Source: Hormiphora californensis (taxonomy: Eukaryota > Animalia > Ctenophora). From it: a DNA stretch of 64,000 nucleotides. How positions within the stretch are numbered: position 1 is the stretch's first letter; the number at the start of each line of letters is the position of its first letter. The stretch spans positions 6,386,001 to 6,450,000 of the forward strand of contig CM035353.1 in NCBI GenBank assembly GCA_020137815.1. Reading direction: 5' to 3'. The notes under the pieces were generated by a model, which was given only the letters and a program-made list of their open reading frames with translations, was not told where the DNA came from and searched no databases. Made by a program: the position numbers and the translations under genes. This document shows, piece after piece, positions 34,100 to 46,634 of the stretch.

Positions 34100-34765
34100 T
34101 CAGTGGGAATTGGTGGATGGACCCGTGTCTCTGATGAAATCCTGTCTTCTAGAGAAAGCTTTTTCGATGTAGATTGCGGTCTGGCGGACTGGTTCGATAG
34201 TGTCATCGGCCGACGGTTTGAAAAGGTGTCTGAGTCTGACCACTACCAGCCGAGGGGAGGTACTTTTTGGTATACGGGCTCTTAGGTCCTCATAAAGGGG
34301 GCATTTCAGGAGGAAGTGGGGTTCGTCTTCGGTGATTCGGTCATAGTGGGGCAGTTCACTTAGGAGCTCAAGAGAGGCGATGTCGGATGTGTTGCAGTAC
34401 GGGCACAGTCTCTCTTTTTCCAGTGAGAATCCACCCTTTCGATACTTTTCAAAACGTCCCCGCTCGATGTTGAGGCCATGAGAAGCCGACCTAATCTGAG
34501 CCACTCTCTTGGCTAGATTTCGCTCCAAAGACAAGTATGGTTCGGGTTCGAACTTGACTTTAACGCTATTGTAGAAGGATAGCTTCCTGTTAGACTCTCT
34601 GGATTCCTCCCAGCTATTCAAGAAGCTTTCAGTGGTGTGTTTTCGGACAAAGTTGATAATACTGGAATACCAAACCAGTTCTGACTGGGTTTGTTCTCGG
34701 AACGTGTATACCAAAAGTGGGGTACTGACATCTATGATGTGATCCATGGGGAAGTTTGCTGACAT
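34100..34765 (-). pseudogene. C-terminal CCHC region of LINE ORF2
   Basis: KLSFYNSVKVKFEPEPYL…IRSASHGLNIERGR…ERLCPYC…EDEPHFLLKCPLYEDLR. Confidence 0.85.
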
Positions 34766-34799
34766 CTCTGCTGCCCGGTTGAAATACCTCAGGACTCCA

Positions 34800-37104
34800 G
34801 GCTTCAGCGAATAAGCAAGGGGGGTCCGGCCTGAGTTCCATAATGCTTTTCTCCAGGAGGTATAGCTGCTGTTCGGAGACTTCAGTGGGGCTGGTAGGAA
34901 CAGCTGATGTACCTGATGAGTCTTGATGTTGTTCTGAGGAGGACTCTTCTTCTTTTACAGGATCAAGAGATATGGGTAAGAGTCGGGGCTTGGTCTCACA
35001 TTCTTGTTCGCTTTCGCTAGTGGACTGGACGCACTCAGCTGTCAGGGTTTTGTTGAAGCTTGAGTGCCTTGATTTCTTTTTACCTCTTTTTCCTTTTTGT
35101 TTCTTTGGTCTTACTGGTGGGGCGTCATGTTGAAGAGTTTTCAACAACCAATAGTCCAAAAGAATTTTCCTGCGATCGAACACAATAGCACGTTTAATGA
35201 ATTTCACGTTGCCCAGTTCCAGTAGTGTGTTGATCTGGTGACTGTTAAGTTTGTTCACGACTTCGGTAGCCAGAGTTTCAGGGAGTGGGGCTTTTCCATC
35301 GTATATCGACTGGAATTTGGTGGATATCAGAACTTTAATGCTTGAAGCGGCTGACTTGTTCGAAATTCCACATGCAGAACTCAGAACTTGGAGATCAGGG
35401 GTTTTGATCTTTTCCAGGATCAGTTTGGCGATCTCTTCCGGCACAAACCGACCAACTGGTCTGATATTTGCTATCGGCTCGGTGTCTACTTGGGTATCGG
35501 CATTGTGAGAACTCTCTTCGGGATGAGGACTCTCTTCAGACTGGCCGGGTGGGGCCGTTTGGAGAGGAGTGTCAGGGATGAGGGGTTCTTCACGGTGGAT
35601 GTCATCACAAGTAGGTGTAGGGGAGATGGTTAACTCATCACGGTTCCCTGTGTCAGGTAGCTGAGGTTCTGGAGGTTTCTCGGGGGGGTTCACAGACTTC
35701 ACATCGCAGCTGTTAACGTCGGTGGTTGGAGTTTGTGACTCAGTCACAGAGCCCGGGCCAGGGGGAACTTCAGTGGATGGTTCAGGGAGGTGATGTTCTT
35801 TGTAGGGGACATCATCATCAGCACCATCTCCAGCGGTAGGGGACTGGATGAATACTTCCGGCTGGCTAGTGTTATTTTCGTTAGCGGGCGATGGAGGTAA
35901 TGGTGGCAATAGGTTAGTTGGGATCGCAAAGGAAGGGTCACGGAGGTCGCTGGGGGATGTAGGTTGAACATCATTCGATCCCTCTGGGAGTTTGATGAGG
36001 GAACTAGATGATTGGGCGACACTAGGGACACCAACAGTCGACGCACAAACTGCCATGGTAACCAGGGGTAGAGGACACCTTGGCATTTCCTGGAGGAGTA
36101 GGAGCAGGAGGCTTTATCGATGTTGCTGGGGGGAGAGGATTATCGAGCTTGACCGGGATCACCTGGAAGGAGCGTGATGCATCCTGATCAAGGTTGGGGG
36201 CTCGATAAAGGGTGATACTATTGCCTGGCACAACTTCAGTGGGTATGTGGACTACTGCAAAGGAGCCTAGAGGGACCTCCAGGATAAGGTTGTGAGTACT
36301 GGAGGATTTAGTTCTAGGGAAAATCTGCAGGGTGTCGCGTCCACCAAAATGGAGAAGGCAGAAACCAGGTTCTTGGGGCTCTAGAGAGGGGGGTTCATTT
36401 GAAGTGGCAGAGATGATACGAAGAGCATTCCACCCAGGGTTGGCTCCTTCAAAACGGGATGCGTGTTGTTCATTTAATGCGGAGAGCAACTGCCCATACA
36501 CAGCATGAGAGTCGCCTACGACGATAGATTCGCATGAGCACGATTTCCTGTTAGTGCACGAGTGCCTGAGATCTTGCTTGAGAGCTGTTTCAAGCGTGCT
36601 CTTCTCATTGCCGTGTGGGAGCTCATTGGCGAGAAAGAGAACAGGGGATGAATTCTGAGGATGAACCACTAGGCCAGGTGACTTCACATAAACGCACTTA
36701 TATTTTCCAGCTTGAGAAACCGATTGTATAGATCTTTCGGCTGTCACTGAAGGCTCGGATAGCGTTCTACGTCTCTCGCCAAAAATGGGTGATTCAGAGG
36801 CCAAGTGGAGGTTGCCGTGTCTCTGATTCAGGTGGAACCATTCATTTTTACCCTTGGGGATGGAGAGAATATCATTGGGCTTCTTGGTCCGGTAGGGTGA
36901 TGGTCGGTGGGATGAACGGTGCTGGACCCGAACTATTAACGAGGTTTCTGCTGTAACTGGATCGTCAACAATTGATAGATCGGAAATGTTGACGTCAGAT
37001 ATTTCGAGCAGGTTGGTGTCACTGCTGGTATCGGAGCGACCTACGGCAAGATTTAGGGCCGGGAGAAAGAAGCTGTTCAGTGTGGAAGAGAACGGAAAGC
37101 TCAT
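34800..37104 (-). pseudogene. LINE ORF1-like protein (one frameshift near 36090): AlkB-like fold, Pro/Ser/Glu-rich linker, helical region, basic NLS
   Basis: Overlapping ORFs 36022-37125 and 34629-36086; ATG at 37104. WNALRII…FCLLHFGGRDTLQIFPR…LEVPLGSFAVV…SITLYR, and NLS PKKQKGKRGKKK. Confidence 0.6.
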
Positions 37105-37540
37105 TTCACCAGGGTTGCTTAGCAAGTGGGGATCCGATTTGTTAAGTGCGTGTTCAAAAAAGTAAGGTCTAAATAGAATATTCTAAAATAACTCACACAA
37201 ACCGAACACGCACCAAACATTCCTTTTAATACTTAACAAACAACTCACGACCCGCAGTTCGTATTTTCTTCTTGGTTCCTTCTCTCTTCGTGCACCGGAG
37301 CCCGTCCCTGAGGGAGGGGTCGGTGTTGAGAAGGGGAAGTTCGATACAATGGGATGTATCAGGGGAAGGTGGGGAACTAAATTGGGTTCCCAAACGTACC
37401 AAAGGGTGTGGGAGATGTCAGGGAACTTCTTCTTTAGTTCATGCGGGCCTGCCCTTAGGGGCTGTTTCAACATTCTACCTGTAACATCTCAAATTAATTT
37501 GTTTAAAGTAGTGTTGAAAAGTTTGAAAGTTTGAAAGTTT

Positions 37541-37737
37541 GATATATGAGCTGCACAAATGCTATATGAGCTGCACAAATGATATATGAGCTGCACAAAT
37601 GATATATGAGCTGCACAAATGATATATGAGCTGCACAAATGCTATATGAGCTGCACAAATGATATATGAGCTGCACAAATGATATATGAGCTGCACAAAT
37701 GATATATGAGCTGCACAAATGATATATGAGCTGCACA
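37541..37737. repeat. 20-bp minisatellite (GATATATGAGCTGCACAAAT), ~10 copies
   Basis: Direct tandem repeat, no spacers. Confidence 0.95.
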
Positions 37738-38789
37738 GTTTGGTGTGGTGGCATGGTGTTTTTAGCATTTTACTGGCCCACAGTTCAATTGGTTTGCCTC
37801 ATTCAACAACAATATGACGACTCGAACAATTCTGATCATTACGTTGTTTAGTTAAACGTCAATTAAGGTATTACGATTAATTAATCATTTCTCATATAAA
37901 GGGATAAATCATAGCTGTCTTCTCTGTTCCCTTTTCAAGACCTTGACACTAGGCCGATTACCTTTTGGTATCTCAAAATACTGATGTCTTCATAATCGTT
38001 ATGGTTGTTGGTTCCTGAACCAATTATGTAATTTGGCCGGGGCGATTCTGCTGTAGCTTTGGTTTGAGTGCTTGTTTGGGGGGTTTGCCATTCTTGAACC
38101 TGTTAGTTACAGCAACACTCTTACTCTTACCACCGGCACTCACAGCGCCCTTCTTGTCTGTCTTAGCCATTCTGCTATGGAGAAGAGATTTAAATATTGA
38201 CTTGAAAGTAGTACCACTAGAATTGAGAAAATGGAATGTAATAACGTTGCCTGGTGAGTATTAAAACAAGGAGAGAAATTAGCAGACATATATAACAACA
38301 ACAAAAATTATAACCATTTATATCAGTAATAAAAGATTTCAAGAACCTCTCAAAATATTAACACAACATTTTTTGATGTCGACTTCAAAGACTTCACCCC
38401 CCCCCCCCCTATTTGAAGGTTGCCAACTTTTTTTGCTTAGAGATATCAGTCCCAATTGTTGTGCACATGTATTTTAAATTTAGAATCGGCATACGTTGTA
38501 TCGGTAAATTGCCCCAGTATGCTGTTGTGCGTAATTTAATTTCATTAACATCATCATTTTGCAGGGTCGTTCCTCGTGTGAAGTGGCAATTTACTAGGCC
38601 CATTTTGCTCTCCGACGGCTGGCGCGGCCGCCGAACAGAATTATTGTAGAGAAATCACAGCGCGCGCGAAACAGCGCGGCGGTCAACCCTGAGCACCACG
38701 CTTAAAAGTAGTTCACAACTTCGTTTCTTATCTTTTGTGTGCCCGGTCCTTTCCACCTTTGTCAGTATCTCGCTCTTTATTTTAGCTAA

Positions 38790-39070
38790 CGGATGCCGAA
38801 ACAGCTTTTTTCGAAATCCGAGTGATACCCCACGCCGTCCCCTTTTCTGTATCTAGTCACGAAGCAGGAGTTGGACTCAGTTCCTTGTTCCTCGTTGATC
38901 CTCTCCATGATCAGCCTATCAATGTTGGGGAATTTTGTTATATAATCGGGTCCCCATTGGGTGCCAGGTCCACATTGGCCCACCCGTAAGGACACCCAGT
39001 GCTAGTTAGCCATGTATTCTTGCCAGCTAATCCACCGACTTCCCATTTCATCATCTCGAGGTCCTCACCA
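38790..39070 (-). pseudogene. AlkB-family (ALKBH2/3-like) 2OG-Fe(II) dioxygenase fragment
   Basis: NTWLTSTGCPYGWANVDL, then after a frameshift IDRLIMERINEEQGTESNSCFVTRYRKGDGVGYHSDFE, containing the NSC-x-x-x-x-Y and HxD motifs. Truncated after HSD. Confidence 0.72.
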
Positions 39071-40009
39071 GAAACATATCTCCTGTAGCTCCAGTGTGTT
39101 TTAAACCTCTTCCCATAGTTTTACACGCTTCTTTTTGGTAAATTCCCACATATCTCACATGTAAATAAGTTCGCATTGTGCTCTTTCTTGTGCTATAATT
39201 TAGCCCTTATTTTCATTGGCAAGATTGTAATATTTTTTTTTTGGGGGGAGAGCGCTCCCGTATTAAAACCTTGGTTCCGAGAGTACTCTGATGTACATGA
39301 TGATTACAATAATATACTCGTACATACAAATGAATATATAGTCATAATACTTATGGGGTTAATTACCTTCTGCCGTACCGCCGACCACATACATTGCACG
39401 AAATGAGTTTACAATCGGGGTGCACCTCTTGTAGGTGCTTATCCGCCACCTTGATGTTGGTGCCCACAGAATCACATCTTGGGCTTGGGTAAACTGTCGT
39501 GGGTGGGGGAGGGGTGACTTGGTAGAATGAGATGAAGAATGAGTTGGTATACTCATATTTAGATTAGGAACACTAAACTTATTTGTAGAACTTACTGCTT
39601 CCTTCGGGGTATGGGGAGGATTATATTATAAATAATACAATCAGTCGTAAGACTTACTTTTTAATTCAAGTGTTCCTTCTCGCCTCGATTGTCTGTTAAA
39701 TCGACCGAGAATAGGATCATAGGCTACATTGCCACACTCCTCTTAATATTTAACCCGCCATTCTTCCCAGGTATTTTTTATTTTTCTGTAACTCTTCTCC
39801 AATCTCCTTCCCTTTAGGAGGGAATTCTCGGTAATATTGGGAGGAACTAGCAGGTTCGGTTCCTGCTTGTCAGTCCTCTTCTCAACCCCGTTACTAGGCA
39901 ACAGAACCACATTGCTGCAGTTGGTTCACCTGTAGTTGATAATATATCATAGCGTTATATATCATATATAGAAGATTTAATAATAATAATCTCCTGCAAC
40001 ATCTCATCC

Positions 40010-40190
40010 TCGCCAATATTTCATAGAGGATACTGAAATATGCGGGCCCTGATCCAGTTGGTTCTCCGGAGATGACTTTCGTCATATGGCGATAATATTC
40101 CCCCTTCGTTTTAGCTACTTTGTCTGAATGGCCTTGGCCGACAAAGTAAGTTTATATTCCCTGTTCATCTGTTCTGCTATCAACCAGTCA
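40010..40190 (-). pseudogene. Myb/SANT-like (MADF/trihelix) DNA-binding domain remnant
   Basis: IAEQMNREYKLTLSAKAIQTK*, then after a frameshift KGEYYRHMTKVISGEPTGSGPAYFSILYEIL. Pattern is typical of Harbinger-associated Myb/SANT proteins. Confidence 0.5.
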
Positions 40191-40418
40191 AAGGAACGAG
40201 ATTGGCCGTACTATAAGGGTTCTAGGTTAGTTATGTCATCTTACGACATGAAACAGTGGCTATATTATCATTTTTTGTGTTATTGCTAATATGTACCTAT
40301 TTATATGAGCCTGGTTGTAGTGGGCCTGCTTTTGGGCCTCGAAACTATCCCCCGTAATACAGTTCGTAATACAGTTCGTAATACAGTCGTTTTACTGACA
40401 TTTCAGGCCAGTTGTACC

Positions 40419-40924
40419 CCCCGTTCGAAAATTCAAAATTTGCCAACCAATTGGAAAGAAATGTCTCCCAGGATGCTGATTTTTTTTAACGAGAATGCTG
40501 ATTTTTACAATTCAAAAATTTCATCTACATATTATGTGCTGAAAATTCTGCTGAAAATATAGGTGGTGCAGTGAATGTGAAAGACTGAAGAGTGAGAGAG
40601 AGAGATATCTGGGGATATTATGTGCTGGTTGTGTGTGACAGAGAGACAGAATATGCTGGGGAATGTTCCAGTTTTGCGTAATGCACCGACAACAGTTTTC
40701 AGCACGATTTTCAGCAGATTGGTTGAAATGGTCAGTTTTCAGCACGATTTTCAGCAGATTGGTTGAACTGGTCGCGCTGAAAAAGAGAGAGAGAGAGAGC
40801 CAATTCAATTGCAATGGTAATGTATGAATCTCTCTAATCTCCCCTTTCCCCCTCTAGACTGTTGTCGGTGCACTACGCACAACTGGCGCCAACCAACACA
40901 TATTCTCCATCTCCCTCCCCTCTC

Positions 40925-40969
<45 letters not shown>

Positions 40970-41109
40970 CACACTGCTGCAGTACTGCAAGAATGTGATT
41001 GAGAGGAATTTTCAGCACATTGGCGGACTAAAATGCTGAAAATTCTGCTTATTTTAGATCAGGATGCTGCCAGTTTAATACTATAGATAGGACCAAAATT
41101 CGAACGGGG
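40419..41109. mobile_element. 691-bp MITE with 8-bp TSD
   Basis: TIR CCCCGTTCGAA / TTCGAACGGGG; TSD GTTGTACC at 40411-40418 and 41110-41117. Internal GCTGAAAA/TTTTCAGC motifs and a (CT)n tract. Confidence 0.8.
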
Positions 41110-43266
41110 GTTGTACCTCCCTCTGTTCAAATATCAAAGTTAGTGTAGATTTAGTGTAGTTCTGGTGATGTCAACTGAGGTCATATCGGAATTGATGGCA
41201 TCAACATCAGATTCAATATTAAAATTGTTTGTCTGGGTGCTGACTGCTGACCCCTCACAGGGGTTCGTACGCCGGTCGAAATGCAATTATCCGTGAAAAC
41301 TTTTCCCCGTTCACACATGTAGGCTACAACCTCTTCCTCCACATTGTCGATGCAGGGTTTGAACATTAATGTGGATCAGTTTCTGCATCATTGTGTTGTT
41401 CCGTAATAATAATGACACTTCCCTTCTTATTAAGGGCCCGACCTCGGCAGTTCTGTCTACCGAACCTGCCTCCGCGATGCAGGCCAAATGTGCCAACACA
41501 AGTGACCCGAGCCGAACCGGTTTTCCATGGGTTTCCATGGGTTTATACCTATGTAATGTACCAACTTTTGCAAGTGGGTTGAAGGTCGCATTAGAGGGTT
41601 TCTGAATCGGTTTAGTAAGGACATTTTCAATATCCTGTATTACGGAGGAAGTATCTTGGTCATCTTTACTCTCAGAGTTGACAGGGGGATAACAAGGGTA
41701 GCCGGCCAGGAGTCGAAGGCCGCCAGAATTTTGTCCATCACATTAGAAGAAAGAATTATTTATCAGAGTAAAAACTAAACCACGTCTCCTGATTTAGAGA
41801 TAAGTAAGCTCTCTCCGTAAAAGTGCCAATTTTACATACAGTTAAAACAAACCTCAGGTTTAAAAGATGTCATTAAAAAGTACGAATGTAAAACACTGTT
41901 GAACTGGTTCAATGTCAAATGCAATTAACACAAAATTATGAATGCAAAATAAAAGATGAAAAAAAGATGAATGTAAAATAAAAAGATGAAAAGATGAAAT
42001 TGTAAAAGAAGGGACCAGAGTGAAAAAGTGCGAAAAATTAAGATTAAAAAGATCATATTCGATTGAAAGAAGAAACATTTAACATTTTATTATTTTATCA
42101 AAACAGTATTTGTTTGAGTAATTGATAAGTAATCGCGGATAACTCTACCCTTATCAAAGATTTGGCAGGTCCCAAGTTAAGTGAACCGGTATATATAAGC
42201 TGAAGATAGAATTGGAAATGAACTTCAACATTTATAATAGAGTCATATAAGTAACTCTTCCCGCTCTCACACTATAAACATATAAATAAGTCATATATAA
42301 AGAAGTTCCCCATACTCAGGCATGAGTATTTAATACTCTCAGTGTGGCCCTTTCAACACTGCGATGGGACCGTATGTTCCATGTAATCACATCCAGATTA
42401 CACAGCGTTATAAAGTTAATAAAAAGGGTCAGAATTATAAAATAAACTAGTCCTTGCTCATTTTTCTTCTCTTTTTGAGTGGCTGGGCTAAGGCCAAAAA
42501 GTTCGCCACCCTTTTACATATACCTATGTAATGTACCAACTTTTGCAAGTGGGCTGGAGATCGCATTAGAGGGTTCCTTAATCGGTTTAGTGAGGACATT
42601 TTCAATATCCTGTAATACAGAGGAAGTATCATCTTTACTCTCAGAGTTGACATGGGGGATAACAAGGGTAGCCGAAGTCGAAGGCCGCCAGAATTTTGTC
42701 CATCACATTAGAAATGGCCTTTGTTAAACATAAATTAAATAGAAATGGTTTAGTACTGTAGTTACTAGTTACAATGAGCAATCGTAACTGGAATATTAGC
42801 CAGTATTTTCAACGTAACACAAGCAAAGGATTGAAGTTGTACTTGTTAACTGCATTAACACTGCAACAGCGTATATAGAGTAGACCCGGACTGAGACGAA
42901 GAGGGAATACCAGGGGTTCTTTCCCTCGCTGTCTCCTTTGCTAAATAAATGGACGAGTTTCGTGTCCGAATGTAATATCGAATAATGAGGACACGTTACT
43001 CTTGATAAAATCTGTTTTCCGAACTGTTGCTAATCTCACTGAAACTAAGGCCGAAACTAAAACCGTGATCCTGAGAAAAAGGATGAAATAGCAGAACGGA
43101 GTGCTCGGCGCTGCAGTGCAGCAGAGATTGACAAATCGTGTGCCCTCCGCCCAATACTAAAGTCGGATTTTTTGAAGTTGTCAACTTCAAAAAATCCGAC
43201 TTTACATATATTGAATGATTTATTTATCAGAGTGAAAACTAAACCACGTCCCATGATTTGGAGATA

Positions 43267-43737
43267 CTAGTCGATCCTGCCCGTCCTACGGACGGGTTGT
43301 TGATTGTGTGTGTGAGTGTGATCGTTAGTGTCATTGAAAGTCATAATTGTGATCACAAATTAAAAAAAACCTTATCTTTGCTTAGAAATAAATATTAAAA
43401 CACAAATGAAATCTAGAAACACATGAAACTACAAAACCTCTTTAAATACCACATTGTTTGTGTATCCTTTAGCTTTGGTATTCCCAACCAAGACCTTTAG
43501 TTGGTCACCATCCCCGACCCGACTTTGCACCACGTAGAGCTGGCCATGAGAAAAGAGGTTATGGGCATCTTCAGCAGTTTGTCCTGGTAGTTGTGCTCGA
43601 GAATAGTCGCTACTCAAGTCGTCCCTGAATTTTTCCCAAAGTTGGGGAATGTTTCCCGGGCGGTTAAACATGAGAAGATTCACAAAAAAGTCCCGGAGGT
43701 TGTTTCCTGTTTGTACAGATGCTACCTCTGTTAGCAT
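43267..43737 (-). mobile_element. Helitron 3' end with internally deleted RepHel; 5' end not located
   Basis: LRDFFVNLLMFNRPGNIPQLWEKFRDDLSSDY is fused in frame to FSHGQLYVVQSRV…TNNVVFKEVL*. Hairpin CCCGTCC-GTA-GGACGGG (43280-43296) is followed by the canonical CTAG|T end at 43267. Confidence 0.88.
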
Positions 43738-44489
43738 TTGATCAATGGCGTTATCATCCTCCAGGATTCCTAAACGTTGACATGCCAGCTGAAAGGTTGC
43801 TTGTGCTGTCAGCTAACACGGAAACAATATTTCCAACAGTTACCAGTTCCCGCTTAAAGTCTCGGCTCTCTGGCTTCTCATGGGCTCCTCATCCTCATCG
43901 CATATTTCCTCCTCATTATTGAATTATGTACCCATTATTTACGTTTCCCTGCCCTAGCGTCCATCTCGCCCAATGAGTCAGCTGTCTAGTGTCTACAGAA
44001 AGAAAGAAAATATTCTAGTTCTTTTGCCTTTTGTATAAAGGTCTGCTGTCTTCCTCATTCCTCATCAGGCCATTCTTCATCTGGTTCTGAAGACAGCTCC
44101 CCAGCTCCCCTTTTGGCTCTGCGGGTTTTTTTGTTGGGGTAACCTCCAGTTGTAGAGATGGGGTGCTGTCACGGTGTATCATGGGAACGGAAGGTCCTGC
44201 AGGGGACCTCTCGGGGGCCTGGGCCTTCAATACAGGACTGAAAAAGAATAAAAATTCTTTAATGGATTACTATTCAAATCGTTACAAATTCTCCTCCTCA
44301 TCAGTCATCAACCTGCTCCTCATTCAGTTCTTGGGTATCATCTGCGATCTCTTTGATATAATGACCCATTTGGAAGCAGGTCTTTTATGGTCCATTTCGT
44401 GGTATCAATTATAATTTATAGCCACGTATAATTGGCCTAGCCCACTGAAGTCGTACACCTGCACTAATTATTCATGATTCATACAGCTT

Positions 44490-46634
44490 TATTTTATTGC
44501 ACCATTGTATTTTAATCTTTTAATATAATCCTTCGGTCCTTCTGATCCAGGCAATGTCCCATAGGTTTCTTGGATACCCGAAAGAGACGGGAGGAACTGG
44601 AAATCGTACCAGAAGCTTTCTTGGCTCGCGTTTTCGTCCCTGTGTATAAAGTTAGTAACTCCGGCCAAGTTATTAAACGTATAAGCTAAGCTCACTTTCG
44701 GGTATTTCATATTGTGAGTGTGACATGGTGAAACTATTATAGAAATCCATTTATTACTTTCACAATAGAGATTACAGTTTGGAAATGACGTTGTCAGTAT
44801 AACTATATATCCACGGTTAGAACCTACTCTGACGAATGGAAAAGTTCATAGACCAGTCCATTTGGATTATGGCGATGTTTTGTTCTGGGGAATTCCTCAT
44901 TTCTTGTTTAGCTTTCCTGACGGTGGTATACTGAGTCCGTACCCGATATAGATGTTCTTTTAAATTGTTTAAATCATCTTCGAACTCCTTGAGAAACAAA
45001 TTTCTCTCTTTGATTTTTTCATCTTTTTCATCACAAGACATTTGTTCTGGTTTTCCTTTTCGTATTTGCAAAATATGACGTTGCCGGGTACTTTTCTAAG
45101 GTCAATAGATTCCTCGACATTTTCCTTCTCACAAAGGTCGTTACATTTGTTACGACCGTAACGTAACGGTCGTTATTACGGTCGTAACAAAACGTTACAT
45201 ATTTGCATACAATGTACATTTTCTCCTTTATGACAACATAAAATTGTGCGTATGAGAAAGAGCTTAACAAGATCTACAAGTAGGTATTTGTTTCGTCCAA
45301 AAATTATGAGGATAGCCACAGCTACAGCGTCTCAAACATGCGTTACGGTCGTTACGAACATGCCAAAAAACGCCTTTTATTGGATTTGCTCTTTCCATAG
45401 ACATCATGTGAAATACTTATTGACATCCGGGGTAGTCGAGACAATTTCCTATCGAATGGTACCAAAATTTTTAAAATTTGTTAAAAAAATGTTTTCATGA
45501 ATTGAAACATCTATGTTCCCATTCATGCATCAGGGTGAGCTGATTCTGTCTTCAACTTCTGTCTTCAAACTCTTCAACTTCTTCATGGTTTGAGACGGTG
45601 TACTTCCGGACAATTACTAACTGACCGAGTGGCTTGTTTCACGAACTCCATTAGGTACTTTCCGGGGCTTTGGGGGTGATCTCACATCATGATCAGAGCC
45701 CTCACTTCCAATTTCTTCACCGGAGCCACCAATTGTGACGAGCGGCCTTTTCTTTTATCCTCCTGATAATCCTTTTATTCCCGTTTCAAAATAAAACAGC
45801 TGTTTCCTTTCTTGCAACACAATTTGGATGTGGAAACGGGAACTGACTGGAAAAAGGTAGCGAGACGCTCAGACACACTCCCTGGACGGCACGCAACCAG
45901 CAGAGGGTGTGTACGCACTGCGCAGCCTACAGCCACACGCGAGAACGTAACGGAGAATCATCCTAAGTGAAACCCCGTGCGCTACGTCTAAATCGTCCAT
46001 AAAGTGTGTCTGAGCGCCTACCTTCCTTCCAGATCATTTCTCAACTCCGAAAAAATACAAAATACAAATATTTCATTACAAAATAAAGTACTCATATCAC
46101 AAAATCACCACAGCGTCATGCCGGAAACAATACGAAGTTTTAATAAGTGTTGGGGAATGACTATTAAGGAGATTAGGAGATCGCTATTTTTTGATCGCAG
46201 TGCCGCTACGGAGCGGAGAACTGAGTTCTTCGCTCCGTAGTTCTCAAAACTCCAAACTTGTTGTTCAGCCGGTTTGAATTTAGATAAATACTCTAACAAC
46301 ATTTCTGACATTTCTTGATGTAATTGCGATCGGTATAATTAAGTCATGTTTTAATTACATAATTAGAATAAATATGGGTATGCACAACATAAAAAGGGGT
46401 TTCCTTTGGCGAAGAGGTTATATTGAGTAAAACTGTCAATTTGATAAATTGTAAAAATGTTTGTTATTTACTGCCTATAAAAATACTTGCCTGTTGTTTC
46501 CACCATTTCTCCATGAAGGTGTCCGCGGCCTCCTCGACCTCCGTCTTCTTTTCCGTTTTCACCTTCTTCCCCTTGTTCAGTGACCCCTTAGGGCGCCCTC
46601 TTTTCCTTTTCCCTCCTTCTTCCTCAGCTGCCAC
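44490..46634 (-). pseudogene. Decayed DNA transposase (Sola2-like) with an upstream AT-hook exon
   Basis: EHLYRVRTQYTTVRKAK…IIQMDWSMNFSIRQS (44817-45040) resembles the H…Q…D(F/W)SENY motif. Exon 46492-46634 has KRKRGRPKGS. That the pieces belong to one gene is inferred. Confidence 0.45.

Larger units (their letters stand above)
33600..37260 (-). mobile_element. Internally deleted LINE (RTEX-like C-terminus); boundaries approximate
   Basis: A long ORF1-like region is fused at ~34800 directly to the C-terminal end of ORF2. APE and RT core motifs are absent, and the 3' region (33600-34100) is repetitive. Confidence 0.7.

Noticed and set aside
40085-40135. Tyrosine recombinase motif GHSDKVAK…YY
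   Set aside because: No other recombinase motifs nearby; a Myb/SANT-like reading with one frameshift explains the region better.
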